A DNA stretch of 64,000 nt, taken from Hydrurus foetidus (lineage: Eukaryota). Below the pieces are notes generated by a model, which saw only the letters and a program-made list of their open reading frames with translations, ran no database searches and was not told where the DNA came from. Below, one piece after another: positions 13,884 to 26,790 of the stretch (position 1 is the stretch's first letter; every line of letters starts with the position of its first letter). Both the position numbers and the translations under genes were made by a program. Where the stretch lies: assembly GCA_900617105.1 (NCBI GenBank), contig UYFQ01000479.1, forward strand, positions 1 through 64,000, given 5' to 3'.

Positions 13884-16034
13884 CCACTGTCCTTTGACTT
13901 TATTGTTGTTGACTTATTGAAATTTTCTTCGATTTTCATGCCTTCCCCACGTACAATTGGAGCGTTTAACTTTTTAAATTCATTTCCAACACCCTGTTAA
14001 TTATTTTCTTAATGATCAGAGTGCGGATCTATCCGGTCTCAGTGCTGACGAACTTTTCGTTTTCTTCTGCAACGTATACAACATACTATTCGGTATGAAA
14101 ATTCTCTCTATTTGAATTATTGAATTTAGATTCTTGTATTCTTTTCTTCGTCGTTTGATGCTTTGAAAGCAGAAGTCTGCACTGGTGAACTTCAACACAG
14201 TAACACGCACATTTACGTACGTACACAGATTTACATACATGCACTTAAATAATACTCAACCGCTTAAAGCGAACTAAAATGAAATGAAGAATGGTCTCAA
14301 TCAAAATGATAACAATCGTTCCATGAAATGCACCCACTTTTACGTACGTACATCTCACCCATCACGATACCGTACAGTACATGCAACTATCGTACGTTCT
14401 GCGAGATCAAAGAAAACTCCCGGCAACAAGACTTCGGACCGAGTAACATTCCTGAGATCCACCAAGTACTGTGTGGGGGGTCTGCTGTACTCCCTCTCTG
14501 ACGTACGTCCTATCACATAATATTTTGTATTCTGTTATCTCCTCATTACATGAGAGTACAGGATGCATTATGGGGAACACTCACTCCTTGATTCATGCTA
14601 TGCTATAATCCGATACTTCTTCCCCGCCTTATTCATCTTAGACGCCTTCTCCCATCTTGGGTGCTCTTACTTATTACCTCTCACCTCTTCCTTCTAGTCT
14701 CCCTTCTTGCTGTCGTCACACAATTCGATGGAAACTCCTAGCAACGTATTAGACAGTTCTCAATGGAACACTTCTCTTCTGCTGTAGTACGCGCATTCTG
14801 CTCTCTCTCACTACCCTATCTGCCTTGCCGTCAAATCACCGCTATTACCCGCGTTATTTACCACTTCCCTAATTGTCTCTGTGCCTCACCATTGCCTCCA
14901 TTCTCAGCTCCTCTTACCCCTGTTTCATCAACTATATATAAATCTGATATCTTACTACGGTACCTCAACGCTGCGTTTTTGATTAACAGATTGAATTCAG
15001 TATTCTTCGATCTGCTTCAGAGAAGCCGAGAGACATCGCGACATTCTTATTTTCGTCCACTGCCTTTCCAAGTACGTATTAATGTTATTCAGTATTTTGT
15101 ATTCCGTATTTTGCGCCGAGCATGTGTTTTGAGTGGAACGGGTGTACTATTGGAGAATTCAGAATCGCGTGTTCCGTATTTATTTGCATCGATGCAGTAA
15201 GACCTGAGTGCGACACTAAATCTTACAGAACGCCTCGCGACTTACTGGAACTACGCAAAATCCCCACACACAGAAAATGACCCGAGGCGCACTTTTTCTT
15301 TGCCTCGTCCCATGCCCAACGTGACATTTATTCTGTGCTCCACGACGTCCAATTCTCCTCAGCTTCAAATATTACACGGTACTAGTGACCTCCAAAAAGA
15401 ATTGCTGCTCAGCGCACGTATGTACGTACAGCTGTATGTCACGTACGATGTGGCTCAGTGTACCGTTTTGTTGCCCGGGATATTTGAGATTTACTGGAGA
15501 GATTTCTGTTCCGTTAAATCGGATATCGTGAAATCCGTTATCGGATTCTCATCCAAAAAAATGGCCGAGGATATCCAACTGATATTGGACTCGAAAAGAA
15601 TGAAATTATATTTCACTTCGTTAAGCGGCAGCCCGACAATAATTATTTGATCGGAGATGTATATGATATTTCACGTGCTTCGCCGGAGCCTTGCACAAAT
15701 GACTTAATTTCTCTTACTTACAGCAAATTTGTCGTATGACGCCGCCACTCCTTGTGTCTTACAATACCAACAACGATCTTTCTTCATGGATGAAGAAAGT
15801 TCATGAAAAATTTAGCCTTAACTATATACAAGAGATTCTTGGTATCCAATAAATTACACTTATAGACATTTTCCCATGCGCTTCGATAGTTTGTATTTTA
15901 CATTAACGAATACTTCACGATAAATTGTACGTGGATTCTTGTTCAGTGACGCAGTTTGCAACCGAGTTGATTTGATCAGAAGCAAAGGTGTACACCGATG
16001 AGTCTCATCAGTCCAAGACACTTCATCCTGCAAT

Positions 16035-17069
16035 TTAGTGGGTTCCTTTTCTCTTCTTAGGCGCCCCGACTTGCATGGATTGAGACAGTGATGGGAATGC
16101 TGTTGTGGAGAAGATGTCAGCGGGTGCAATTGTTTTTACTGGCATGATTGGAACTTCTACAGCCTCCATTTTCTTCTTTTGACAAGCCTCTTCACCCAGT
16201 AGAGAGAGGATATGAGCAGCATCTGAGTTGTTCTTGAATGCGGTCTCAACAAGAGGTTCAACATTGAACGTTCTGTAGATGTCGAGCATTTCACGTACAA
16301 TGGATTCCGCAGTTGGGACGTCTGACAAAAAAGTTGAAGATAAAAACACTCCATTCCAAGGCCGGAATTTCATCCTCGCAAGTAGAACCTTACTAGGAAT
16401 CATCACACTGCCAACAACTTTGATTTCTTTGCTGCTCTTTCTCTCACTCTTCGCGCTTGATTTCTCATAGGACGCCAACGCGCTTTGAATCGCTAGTAGC
16501 CCTTCCCTCAGAAGCGTAAGATCACTTCCAAACTGTAGATATATAACTGATACCATTCCAGTAGCTAGTTTTGCATTGAGCCTGGCCACTTCAACAGTTC
16601 TATTTTTTTCGTCAGGAAAATAAGGATTGAACGCGACTGCTATATCAACTTTGGTGTTGCAGTTCACACTGTCACGTAACATTTCTAGACAGGAGACTGT
16701 GTTCAGTGCTTTTTTGTCCCCGCTGCCGCTGATTACCAGCACCTCCGTAACACCGATGTCTTCTGCCTTACTTACGAACTCATTGAAGTAGGTGAAGGAC
16801 TGGTCAACATTTCGCTGTGTATTGTACTTAAGACTGTAATGAACACAGACGTCGGCGGCGGGCATCAGCGAAATGATGTTCTTGGCTGATGCGAGAAGAT
16901 TGTCATTCTTTACTTTGTTGGCGAGATTGAACCTACTGAAGATAGAAGTCGAGGATTGCTGGACTTTTGAGGTAAGATGAGAAGCTGCTGCTGTCTGCTG
17001 GTACCCAGCCATAAAATTAACCAACCCCGAGAGCTCGCTTTGAGCTTTGAAGAAGAATTCAATGCGCAT
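16035..17069 (-). CDS. MTHFR-like / FAD-linked oxidoreductase-fold protein of unknown function (single exon)
   Basis: 344-aa ORF with motifs VHYSL, LVISGSG, AVAFNPY, KLATG..IYLQFGSD and GSVMIPS..ARMKFRPW, matching the beta-alpha barrel pattern of MTHFR-like proteins. The family was recalled from memory, not searched. Confidence 0.65.
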   Translation of the reverse strand: MRIEFFFKAQSELSGLVNFMAGYQQTAAASHLTSKVQQSSTSIFSRFNLANKVKNDNLLASAKNIISLMPAADVCVHYSLKYNTQRNVDQSFTYFNEFVSKAEDIGVTEVLVISGSGDKKALNTVSCLEMLRDSVNCNTKVDIAVAFNPYFPDEKNRTVEVARLNAKLATGMVSVIYLQFGSDLTLLREGLLAIQSALASYEKSSAKSERKSSKEIKVVGSVMIPSKVLLARMKFRPWNGVFLSSTFLSDVPTAESIVREMLDIYRTFNVEPLVETAFKNNSDAAHILSLLGEEACQKKKMEAVEVPIMPVKTIAPADIFSTTAFPSLSQSMQVGAPKKRKGTH

Positions 17070-17893
17070 GATGAGAGGAACAGGGATATATGTGTGACCA
17101 GAGCGCTCACGTATTACCTACTTGGAGTTAGTACAGAAGAGATGGAGATGACGTGTCAAACCAACCCTCTTGTTCTTGCACGTACAGTACAGACATCATA
17201 TGGTCTCTGTGCCCTCAGTCCGTTGAGGTGGTTGTATTTACACTGTATATTATGCAACTTCATGTTTCTTTGAGTGACTTCATAATTTATGATATCGCAG
17301 ACTCTGTCACGATGACATGCGGTTCCGTCTGTGTTGCTGCATTTAAAGAAAGAAAGATACTGCAAGATGAGTACTGCCTCTCAGAACTCATTTCACAGTG
17401 CAATGTGGTGACCGTCAGCGGTTAATGATTCGCTGTTTTTTCGCGCAGCATGTTGCGGTATTGTTGCGGACAAAAGGGTAGAATATGTCATGTAAATTGC
17501 TCCTTTTAAATGGACGACTAAATTCTTGTGTAGAAGTATCTATTGCGGTACTGTTGAGTGTTGTGGGTAAACAATTCCAATTGTTCGTCTGGCACGCATT
17601 GATAAATCACAGTACAATTTATCTACATGTGGACATATTTCAAATAGGCATAATTATACTAACTGGTGACGTTTGATTAACATACAGGGTTTCTCGGTCA
17701 GTTTTTTCTAATTAAAGTATGACAAATGAATGAACATGAACTGGCGTCATTTAACCAGGCGGGCTGTACTGGCGAATTGTCCAAGGGCCGAAATGAAAAT
17801 TAAACTTAGAGAACCCGAACAAAGGCATGTTGGATGGTGTGCCTTGGCTAAAACCGCTTTACTAACGTTTGGGACAATTTCACTGTTCTCGTT

Positions 17894-18765
17894 TTAATGG
17901 CCGTAGGGGCCACTGTTTTCGTCACTTGAGTTACCATCGTCACTTCCATAGCTTGATATGTCGGAGGGTCCCACGGATCCTGATGTTGGGTTGGCATCAA
18001 TTTGTTAGTGACATCGTAAGCAAGGTAAGTGAGTCGCAATCTCTTACCATCTGTCGTTGTTCTCTCGGTGCCGTCACATGATTCTTGAGACCAGCTTGGT
18101 CTCTCTGAAGTGAATTCTCCAAGCGGAGTTGCGCAGTATTCCCCGACAGGTCGGTGCTCGATAATAGCGTCTGATATCATGATTGCGCATCGGGTTTCTC
18201 CAACTTCAGGTGAGCAGTTCGATATCTCAATAACGTTGCCGTCTGGGTCGAAAAGAAAAATTTGTCTGATTCCAGTGTCTTTGGGGCAATCTTCCTTGTA
18301 GAAAACATGTGCATCTTCGAGGACATTCTTCACAAACGAGATGTCGCTCGTTACAAAGGCGATGTGATCAACTCGCGGCAGTGATGAGCTGAAATGTTGT
18401 ATTCGGTGGATCTTGACTCTTTTACGTTCCTCTGATACTGTTGTTTCGACGAGATGCAAGGAAAGACCGTATCCGTAGAGCCAATATCCCTCCGAATCAA
18501 ATGGAGGTCTTGGGACGACTGAGAATCCCAAGATCTCGACGTAGAAAAACTTGCTTTTCTCGATACTGAGGACTTCTCTCGCGATATGATTGAAACTCGC
18601 GAGAGGCAATTTGGGGGCTGCTTTCGCAGGTGCGCTGGCTACTGCATCTGATAGTGTCCAGTTGCGATGGACTCGGAGTGTGCCCTTCTTTATGATGTCT
18701 TCCGTTAGCATGGAGCTCGGACATGATAGCGTCCTGTTACGGGCGGTTGCAAAGGATGTGGTCAT
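17894..18765 (-). CDS. Glyoxalase/VOC-superfamily protein (GLYI-like), 2 exons
   Basis: FNHIAREV, FYVEILGF, LHLVE, DHIAF and QIFLFDPDGNVIEI. Intron 18047-17980 gives an acidic tail ending at TAA 17894. Confidence 0.88.
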
Positions 18766-21700
18766 TGCTGGCTATATTGATATTGTTGCCTTTCGTTGTG
18801 GTAGCTTGCGGTTTCCTGAGATTGAGTCTTGAATGCTTTGTGAGTGGTGGTTTTTGTAGAGATGGTATTCTATCTTTATAATGGATACAGTAAGATATAG
18901 GAGAGGAGGCGAGTCCCAGGAGTTGACAGGTTGAGTTGAATGTCGATAAACAGCTGTCTTTGACCTGTCAATTCAAATTTTAAGTTGAAGAACAAACTTC
19001 GTGTGGGTCGGAGGGGGGTCTAATTTTAAGCACACGATTTTTAGGATACGTAACACTTTTCAATTTTTGATTTTATTTTTTATTTGTCCTGCTGCACTTG
19101 CATTTTAGCAGAAGTCGAAAATTTTATTAGTTGAAGCAAATTCGAATATGCCCATTGGAGATCTGTTTAGGGGGTCATGATACATAATAACTGTCACCTT
19201 CAGAGACGTCACAGCGATGACTGCACACTTTTATCTTTGAAATGCGAATGAGTGGCAGGAATATACCCTACTCTTGAAAACTCTTCAGCAGCAACCTGTT
19301 TACAAAATGTTCACCCATCATTCAATATCGCTGATTTCAACACATTACGTTATCGCCTAAGTTTTGAACTCAACTTCATGAACACTATTAGTCGCTTGCA
19401 ATGAAAAGGAGGGGACTGAAGAATTGTGACGAAAATTACTCAAATGATTTTTAATTTTCACTGCCAGATATTCGCTCGATTTTTGGACCAACAACTCTTG
19501 AAATTGATGATATCACATATAATGATGCTGTCTTTAAAACGCTTTCTAATTATCTGATCATATTTCACTTGGAGAAAGTTATTCTTTCTTTTCGTAGAAT
19601 CTTTCGCAATTTTTATTTGGGGCAAATCTTTGATTTCAAATCTTCGAAAGAGGTTACTTTTGCAGTAAAACTTTTCCTCCGACATGTTGCCAGAACCCTT
19701 CTTGCATTTGTAACAGAAATGTAAAAACAATTATAATGATTTAAAAAAAAGTATCAACACTCTCAAATTAGGCCACACTTCACTTATGAAGAAGGAAAGT
19801 CACAGCGTCCACTGGGTGTTGGTCGGTCGAGATTCGAGTGAATTACAGGCAGTAGTCGTATACGGAAAGTTTCGGAAAATATCAGCCAGTCCTCGTTTTT
19901 CAGTAATTATGATTTTGTCGATAAATCCGTTGATCTCTTCATTCTTCACTACGTTTCGTACAATTCACGATAAGCTATTAAGAACAGCTACAATTCACTT
20001 TCAGTTCAAGCACATACTGCTGTGTTTGAATTGCCGATTCGAGTTTCTTTTCTCTCTCCAATCTGAGATCTCGAGATCATGACAGATTACTGAATTAGTG
20101 TCCTGTATCATCTATTTTATGGACCACGAAAATTGGTCAAAACAGTGATTTGCAGTGACGGCTTTTATACGAAATTACAATGAAGTTGCGTTTTGCATTC
20201 ATCGCAAAATAAGTGCGTCATGCAAAGAAGCAGTTCATACTATGTGATTTATGGGTTGACATCCCTGCTGAGGTACACGAAGTGACACTGGCGACACAGC
20301 TACAGAACCGCATAAAAGTGAACATGCGTGAAGAACGATGAGTATATGCAACCACATTCTACCTATCATATGTCCAAGCTAGAGATCTCCACAGAGAATA
20401 GGTACTTCCCCCCACCACCACCCTCTCCCTTCCCCACTCATAGCCTGAGTTGTTAGTCCCATCTCCCATACATTTGAAATCGGTGACTTAAGGCTTTACT
20501 CCACTTCATCTTTCCCATATCTGAAAGTCTCTCTCGCTCTCCTTATCCCAGTCTCCTCAAGGAATATCCACGAATAATCGTGCGACTTAGGTCGCGTATG
20601 AAATGATCATCATAATTCAATTCTGATGCTGTTGCTGTGATGCTGTAATGCCAGGACATCATCCATTCAATAGAGATATTCTTCCATCCCCATACCACTG
20701 CTGATCTTCCGTTATTACTATTAATCTACAGTCGCTAATCCGAGCAGACAGTCACATCCTCGCTGTAATAAAAGAACTAGATTACCATTGAATGTGGCAT
20801 TTAATATCGTTGCTCTCGATTTAATGTCGTTGTGACTCACATTCTGGATATGGTTGCCTACCTCCCCATAATCTGTAAAAGCGGCAGACGACAGTAACCT
20901 AGACATACCAAAGTTAACCATGACGCATCGCTGGGCAAGTACAACAGTCAGCTAAACTGTAAATCAGTATTTGACTGATGAGCTTTCTCGTGATCGTTCA
21001 CGATCCTTCGATGAGCATCACGGACGATCTTAAGATACAGCTCTGTGGGCACTCTACGCGCTTACGTTGAAATGCTACGAAGCTGCGATCACCGATTCTC
21101 AGCGTGAAACCACCATATGGCTTCATGGTTGCGTTTTTAATTGTAAAGCCGAGCTTCCTCACAACATTCAGTCACGGAAGAAAAGTTGTGGAGCTGATTC
21201 TCGTCGATCCTCTAATGAAATCGGGCAATTCAATAGGCGATACCTTTGAATGCCACTGCCGAAGGACCTGCATTGCTTCAAAGATCAAGAGGTGGTAAAA
21301 GTGTTGTTGAGTTCGAGTCGTGACGTTGCAACATCAGCAGCAGCAGTCCAGCGTCCAGCGGATTCTCACTCCGGACTTACGATAGTTCTGGGTCCCACTC
21401 TGGATCCTGGACCTTCCCTCAGAATTCTACAGGAGGTGGATAGATGGATGGATCGGATCGGATCGGATAGCCTAACAAGGATCGGATAGACTAAATAGGA
21501 TGCGATTGCGCATTATTCATTTGCTCGATTTATATCCTGAATGTGTGCATACATGCGGTCTCGGATGTGTGAAGCAGGCTTTTATTTAGAATGTCTTTTC
21601 TACGATTGCCGATCTCCATGACAATATTTCGACCTTTTTCCCCCTCGTGCCCAATTTAATTTCCAACCAATAATTAACCGATATTCATCGTTGTTCATCT

Positions 21701-22440
21701 ACTTTCTAAGTATTTTGCTCTTTCAGGAAAGCACCACATCGTATCTCCTTTGATTCACCACAAAGGAGTCAGAGATGTCTTCATCATCCTGCCCAGAGGA
21801 CTGACTTGAACAGGTAATAACACCACAACTCATGATGATATAGCCCAGGAGCCGGAAGGGACGCTCAGGATAGAGCCATTTCCTAGGTAACGATGCACGG
21901 GTAGCTTCAAAAATTCTGAGAAACCGATCCTGCATCATTCGAGATTCACGTCAAAGGCGATGGAGTACTGTTTCCCTATATTACCAGTCGAGCATTTTTC
22001 TGAGAACTGCGCAAGAAGTGAAAAAATTTCTCTTATGAAAGTCGAAAAATTGTAAAACTTAGTCTATCGGCAAAAAAAATTGGACTATTTTTGAACATCG
22101 GCTAATCCGCGAGCCGGGAGGGATAAACTACGCGAGTACCCCGATGGCGTCTTCATTCCTGGTGAAGATGAATGTCAATGTCAATGACTGCTGCATTTGC
22201 TGTGTCGCACGCGGATCGTTCTCAATGAGAATATCGTGGTGTAACATCAAGAAGTACGGCATGCTGACGTGTTCTACAGTACCACCAAGGACTGACGAGA
22301 CTTCAGGCAATCCATTTGTGTGAGAGGTGCGACATCGGTGATATCTTCATCACTCAGAGCTGTTTACTGCAGCAATAGACGATCCAACAGCAAGGTCCGG
22401 TTAGATCATGATGGGAGAGGCTGTCAAGGGCAACAGACGC

Positions 22441-24050
22441 TCAAGCCAATCTCTTCTGAATATCACCGATGAAATTCGTCACCGTATCTTTGAGTTGATC
22501 AATACTCGAGTTGACACCTTTCATATCAGTAGTAGAGAAGCTGTAGGCGTTACCTGATCCCCTCCCTCCCCGATGGTCTGTAGACTGCCAGTCGTTTGCA
22601 GCGTCATCGTTGCTGAGCATGTCGGAGCCTATCGCATTTGCAGTACTCAATTTATTTAGTCGACCTTTCATGAGCTCCATATCCTCTTCATCACGTCCGA
22701 AGAATTGGTCGGAGGAGATTCCTTTGTTGGAAGAGTACTTACTCCTTGCAACGTACGATTCACTGGATGCAGCAACATTGAAAGTTGAATTGCCCCCTCC
22801 CGACCCCCCATTTGAATCTGTGACCTTCGAAGAGCCGTAGACAGAGGAAGAGGTCGATGCTGCGGCTGTTGGAGACCGATAGATGGAGGTAGATTCTGAC
22901 TCCTGGTATATAGCAGCTAGTCGTGAACTGCCGCCTGACGCTGGGCTATTGGCATCCTCTTGAGTTTGAAGTTGAGTCGCTATTTTGTGGTCTGCTGCCT
23001 CCTGTTCTGCTTTCACGATCCTCTTCTCAACGGACTCGAAAGATTCAAAGCGCGCATCAGTTGTCGAAGTGCTCATAATACGAGTTGCGGTGCTTTTCTT
23101 TGGAGCGACACTCTTTTTGCCGAAAACTGGTGCTTTGGTCACTCTCGTCGGCATATTGTCGAAATCTCCGAAACCATCCTTTTCGTCAACAGTTCCACTA
23201 ATAGCTGCGACAGATAATGTTCCTATCGCGGCGTTCTGAACAATAGCAGGTGAAGCAGCCTTGACCTCTGGCACTTGAACTGGTGCAGGTGGTGCAGCAT
23301 TCACCTCTGGAGTGAAGGAGTGGATAGGTTGCGTTGGTTGCGCGACATGAACAGGACCAGAACTTGGAGGGGTTGAGGATCCCTCTTCGTCCTTGCCTGA
23401 TAAAGACATCATCATATCATCAAGACCACTGGCCGACTCCCATTTGGTGGCGATAGTTTTGTTACTCCCATTGGTTGCCTCGGCAATTTCTGCACTGATG
23501 GCACCGGAACCGCGTTCATCATTTTGCAGTTTCGTTAAGTGTCTCTTGTATTCTTGTGCCGCTTTCGTCTTGTACTTTTTCTCAGACTGTGTCGGCGTTT
23601 GTGAAGTCATTGACATGTTTTTCCCAAGTCATAGTTTATCATTTAGTAAATTGAATCTTACCGTCATCTGCGATTCAGGGACACCGTGTTTCTTTAAGTA
23701 CAGTTTCGCGTTTCCATTACCACCGAGACGCATTATATCTAGCTGATCAGCAGTCCACTCATCAAGATCGCATGACCTGTTTGACAAGTCAGAGCAATTA
23801 AATGAAATACTCGAACAACTCCTAAGAGATTACGCGTAATACTCATTCGAGCGCACCTAACGAAGGTAATATGAACACCCATTCTCCTATGGACGGCACT
23901 ACAGTCTAGACAAAGGAAGACGCCGAAGGTGGCTGACGCCCATGATGGATTTCGTGCAGGACAGTCAAAGCAGAGTTTATTCTCGGGCTTCGCACGAATC
24001 TTTTTCAATATCAAATTCTTTTCCGCGGACGGTAAATAATTTCTGTCCAT
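22441..24050 (-). CDS. ADP-ribosylation factor GTPase-activating protein, ArfGAP2/3 (Glo3) type, 3 exons
   Basis: CFDC-x16-CLDC zinc finger, [19 protein letters not shown], and the C-terminal Glo3 motif ISSDQFFG. Introns 23856-23777 and 23661-23587. Confidence 0.92.
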
Positions 24051-24743
24051 GGCGAATGTGAGAAGTCAGCACGCGGTTCTCTCCTGGGTTTTCAGCTATG
24101 GAAAATGATACTCTTTAACTGTCGGTCAGGTGTGAGAAGTGGCATTGTTTTAACTTTTTACTTTCAAAAGTCGAGAGGTGCTGTAGTTCGGAGTTCGAGA
24201 GTCCGTTCCGGCTTCCCGGTCAAAATTTTGGAAATTTCGTTCTGTACTGTACTGTACTGTACCGTACGTACGGTACTCGGTTCGTGTGTAGACTGTACAG
24301 GTGCACACGTACCACGTATGACTCAATTGAAGCGCGACACCAGACCATGACAGTTGTAATGATTTATGAACGGATTCTTGGATCTCAATCAGTGCGGAAA
24401 TTACATTGCGCTTTCAGATGGTAGTACGCAAAATTCAAAATAGGGGTTACTTAATACGGAATTTTCTTAATAATAAGAAAAAACTCAGGAGAGAACAACA
24501 CAGATCAATAAAGTAAAACAAAATAATGACTGCAGAAGAAATATGATTCTTATGAAGCTGTCGTCTTTTAGAAGTGACGGAAATATATGACGTCTGAACT
24601 CGCTTGGAATATCTCTCGAGGACCTTGGATCCACTGTTATCCCCCTCCCCCCGCACACACGTACGTACGACTCAACGAGATGTAGATAAAAAGAGGGATG
24701 AACATCTTACAGTAAGGCTTACTAAAATGTCTAAGATAGTGTG

Positions 24744-26216
24744 TCATCTATCATCGTCACTGTCATCAGCACTATCATCACCAGCACTCGATCGACCACT
24801 ATCGCTGCCCCTCGTAGTCGCTGGGATAGGAATACTAGCAGCTTCAGCAATGTGATTCTCCTTCGCTCTCTCTCTCTCGAAATATTCACCCACTGCCTTC
24901 ATGCGAGTATTCTTAATTTCGTTTCTCAAGTCTGATTGCCGTTTATAATTTATACGTGCCTCTTCCTTCTCGATGGAGGCTTTTTCACGTTGAATCTTTT
25001 CCCTGCACTTCACAACATACTCATCGAGTTTCAGAACTTGTAACGGCCCAAAAGTTGCTTGTTTTCTTTTTTTCTCAACATCTGCGGCATCCTTTGACTC
25101 TGCAAGATACAATTTGACGATATCAGGGAGAAGGAAAGAGCCATTATCGTTATTATCAAGACTGTCTTCTCTGTTCAGAAAATGTTCATCTCGTCCCCAC
25201 ATTCTCACGATCCTGACAGAATGTGGTGGTGGTGTTATCAGCACTCCACTACCACATGCCTTCCCCTTCTTAAAAGTTCCTTCGAACACATATCCCGTCA
25301 GCTCACTTGTCATTACACCTCTTCCATCTGGTTTTCCGTTTGAGAATTCTCCTTCATAGACTAGTCCCTGTCCGTATTCAAGTCGACCTTCGCCCTCTCT
25401 TCTTCCGTTCATAAGCCGGCCCCGGTAGATTCCACCTCCGATTGATCGCATCACTCCGATACCAGAAAATTTCCCACTCGACCACTCACCCTCATAGGAA
25501 GATTGATTGTCTTCGTATGTAGCTGTTCCCACACCTTCAGGTCGATTTAATTTGAAGTTGCCGTCATACCGTAGATTGTCCGAGTAAACATATGTCCCAA
25601 GTCCACTCATGAGCCCCTTCTCCCAACTACCATCATAAGAAAAATGACTTTCATTTCCTAAGCTGCGGCATTCTCGTGTCGGGTTCTTCGCGAAACCGAC
25701 AGGTGCATTGTACTCCTCTGATTCACCTATCCTCCATTTCGGAGTCGTGAGCGCCAATTTCTTCATGTTTCTCTTAATTGCAGCGGACAACTTCGGTGGA
25801 GGAGATAATGGTTCAGATGGATCAAATAAATGAATTGGCTCTAACTCTTCCACGCCTTCTTCCATCCTGAACTCTCTCATTTTTTCTACGACAGCTTTTG
25901 TCCGTAGACGGCCGTACAAATCAAATCCTCGTGTCTCCAATATTGATTTGTAGATGCTCTGTGACACACTACCGACCGGTTTGATCTCTTCACTTCTGTC
26001 GAAAGCTACTATGTGAGTCATTGTTTTCTCAATTTCCTTCGACCCAGCATTGGAAAGTAAATCTCTCATTAAAGTGAATTTCCTCCGCATTTTTTCGTCC
26101 CCAAAATTTTCTCTTGATCGAACTATGTGCGGGGAAATCTCAGCGCATGTGAAGCGCGTTCCCTCGAAGTAGAGCATTTCATCACGTCTCAATAAAGAAT
26201 CATCTGATTCGGACAT
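24744..26216 (-). CDS. MORN-repeat protein with C-terminal coiled coil
   Basis: About 6 YxGxW/F..G..xGxG repeats (YDGSWEKGLMSGLG, YDGNFKLNRPEGVG, YEGEWSSGKFSGIG, YEGEFSNGKPDGRG). First ATG is at 26216. Confidence 0.88.
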   Translation of the reverse strand: MSESDDSLLRRDEMLYFEGTRFTCAEISPHIVRSRENFGDEKMRRKFTLMRDLLSNAGSKEIEKTMTHIVAFDRSEEIKPVGSVSQSIYKSILETRGFDLYGRLRTKAVVEKMREFRMEEGVEELEPIHLFDPSEPLSPPPKLSAAIKRNMKKLALTTPKWRIGESEEYNAPVGFAKNPTRECRSLGNESHFSYDGSWEKGLMSGLGTYVYSDNLRYDGNFKLNRPEGVGTATYEDNQSSYEGEWSSGKFSGIGVMRSIGGGIYRGRLMNGRREGEGRLEYGQGLVYEGEFSNGKPDGRGVMTSELTGYVFEGTFKKGKACGSGVLITPPPHSVRIVRMWGRDEHFLNREDSLDNNDNGSFLLPDIVKLYLAESKDAADVEKKRKQATFGPLQVLKLDEYVVKCREKIQREKASIEKEEARINYKRQSDLRNEIKNTRMKAVGEYFERERAKENHIAEAASIPIPATTRGSDSGRSSAGDDSADDSDDDR

Positions 26217-26790
26217 TTGCAATCGAAGGAGACTTAAACGTTTAAGAGGGAGCGTCTATGACATGCGGTCATTTGCATTCTACAGTCCGAAGATGGATTG
26301 CAGCCACTTTTTTTCCGTCTGAGGCTTCCAGCCTCTCGCATCAAGTTGTGATCAATCGACAACTCTTGAACTCCTTCACTTCGAAGTTCGAAGTGTTGCC
26401 ATGTTTTTCAAGAGAGTCACTTCGATTTTAATCGGAACGTGCAGCGGAATTCTTGAAATTCCATCAAAACACCTATGACTGGAGATGCCCCATACCATTA
26501 GTTGAAAACGAAGCTTAAGTTACTGAATCAGCAGCTTGCTGTCGAAAATTTCGTGAAAAAGTAAATTGGACCGATAATGTGAGAAAAAGTAAACGCCATT
26601 TTCTTATCACGTTCAATGTGACGATATCGACATGGATGAGTAAATTCAGTTCAACAGTGAGAAATGAAGTAATTGATATGCGAAGTATGAATGACAAATA
26701 CTTCATCTGCAATGGTGATCTCATGAAATACCGCTAAGTGAAAAAATGTCAGCATGTAAAGTAAGAAAAACGCTGTTTCATGGTTGAAGA

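Noticed and set aside
14284..15650. ORFs 14763-15200 and 15300-15650, and a weak inverted match near 14420/15470
   Set aside because: No protein-like motifs or splice-consistent model, and the inverted match is too short.
19200..19730. Lys-rich minus-strand ORF as a transposase remnant
   Set aside because: No recognisable motif or terminal repeats.
20721..21489. Ankyrin-like peptides (NGNLVLLLQRGCD, HGRKVVELIL, QEVVKVLL)
   Set aside because: Short, on opposite strands and in different frames with stops. No gene model can be built; at most decayed fragments.
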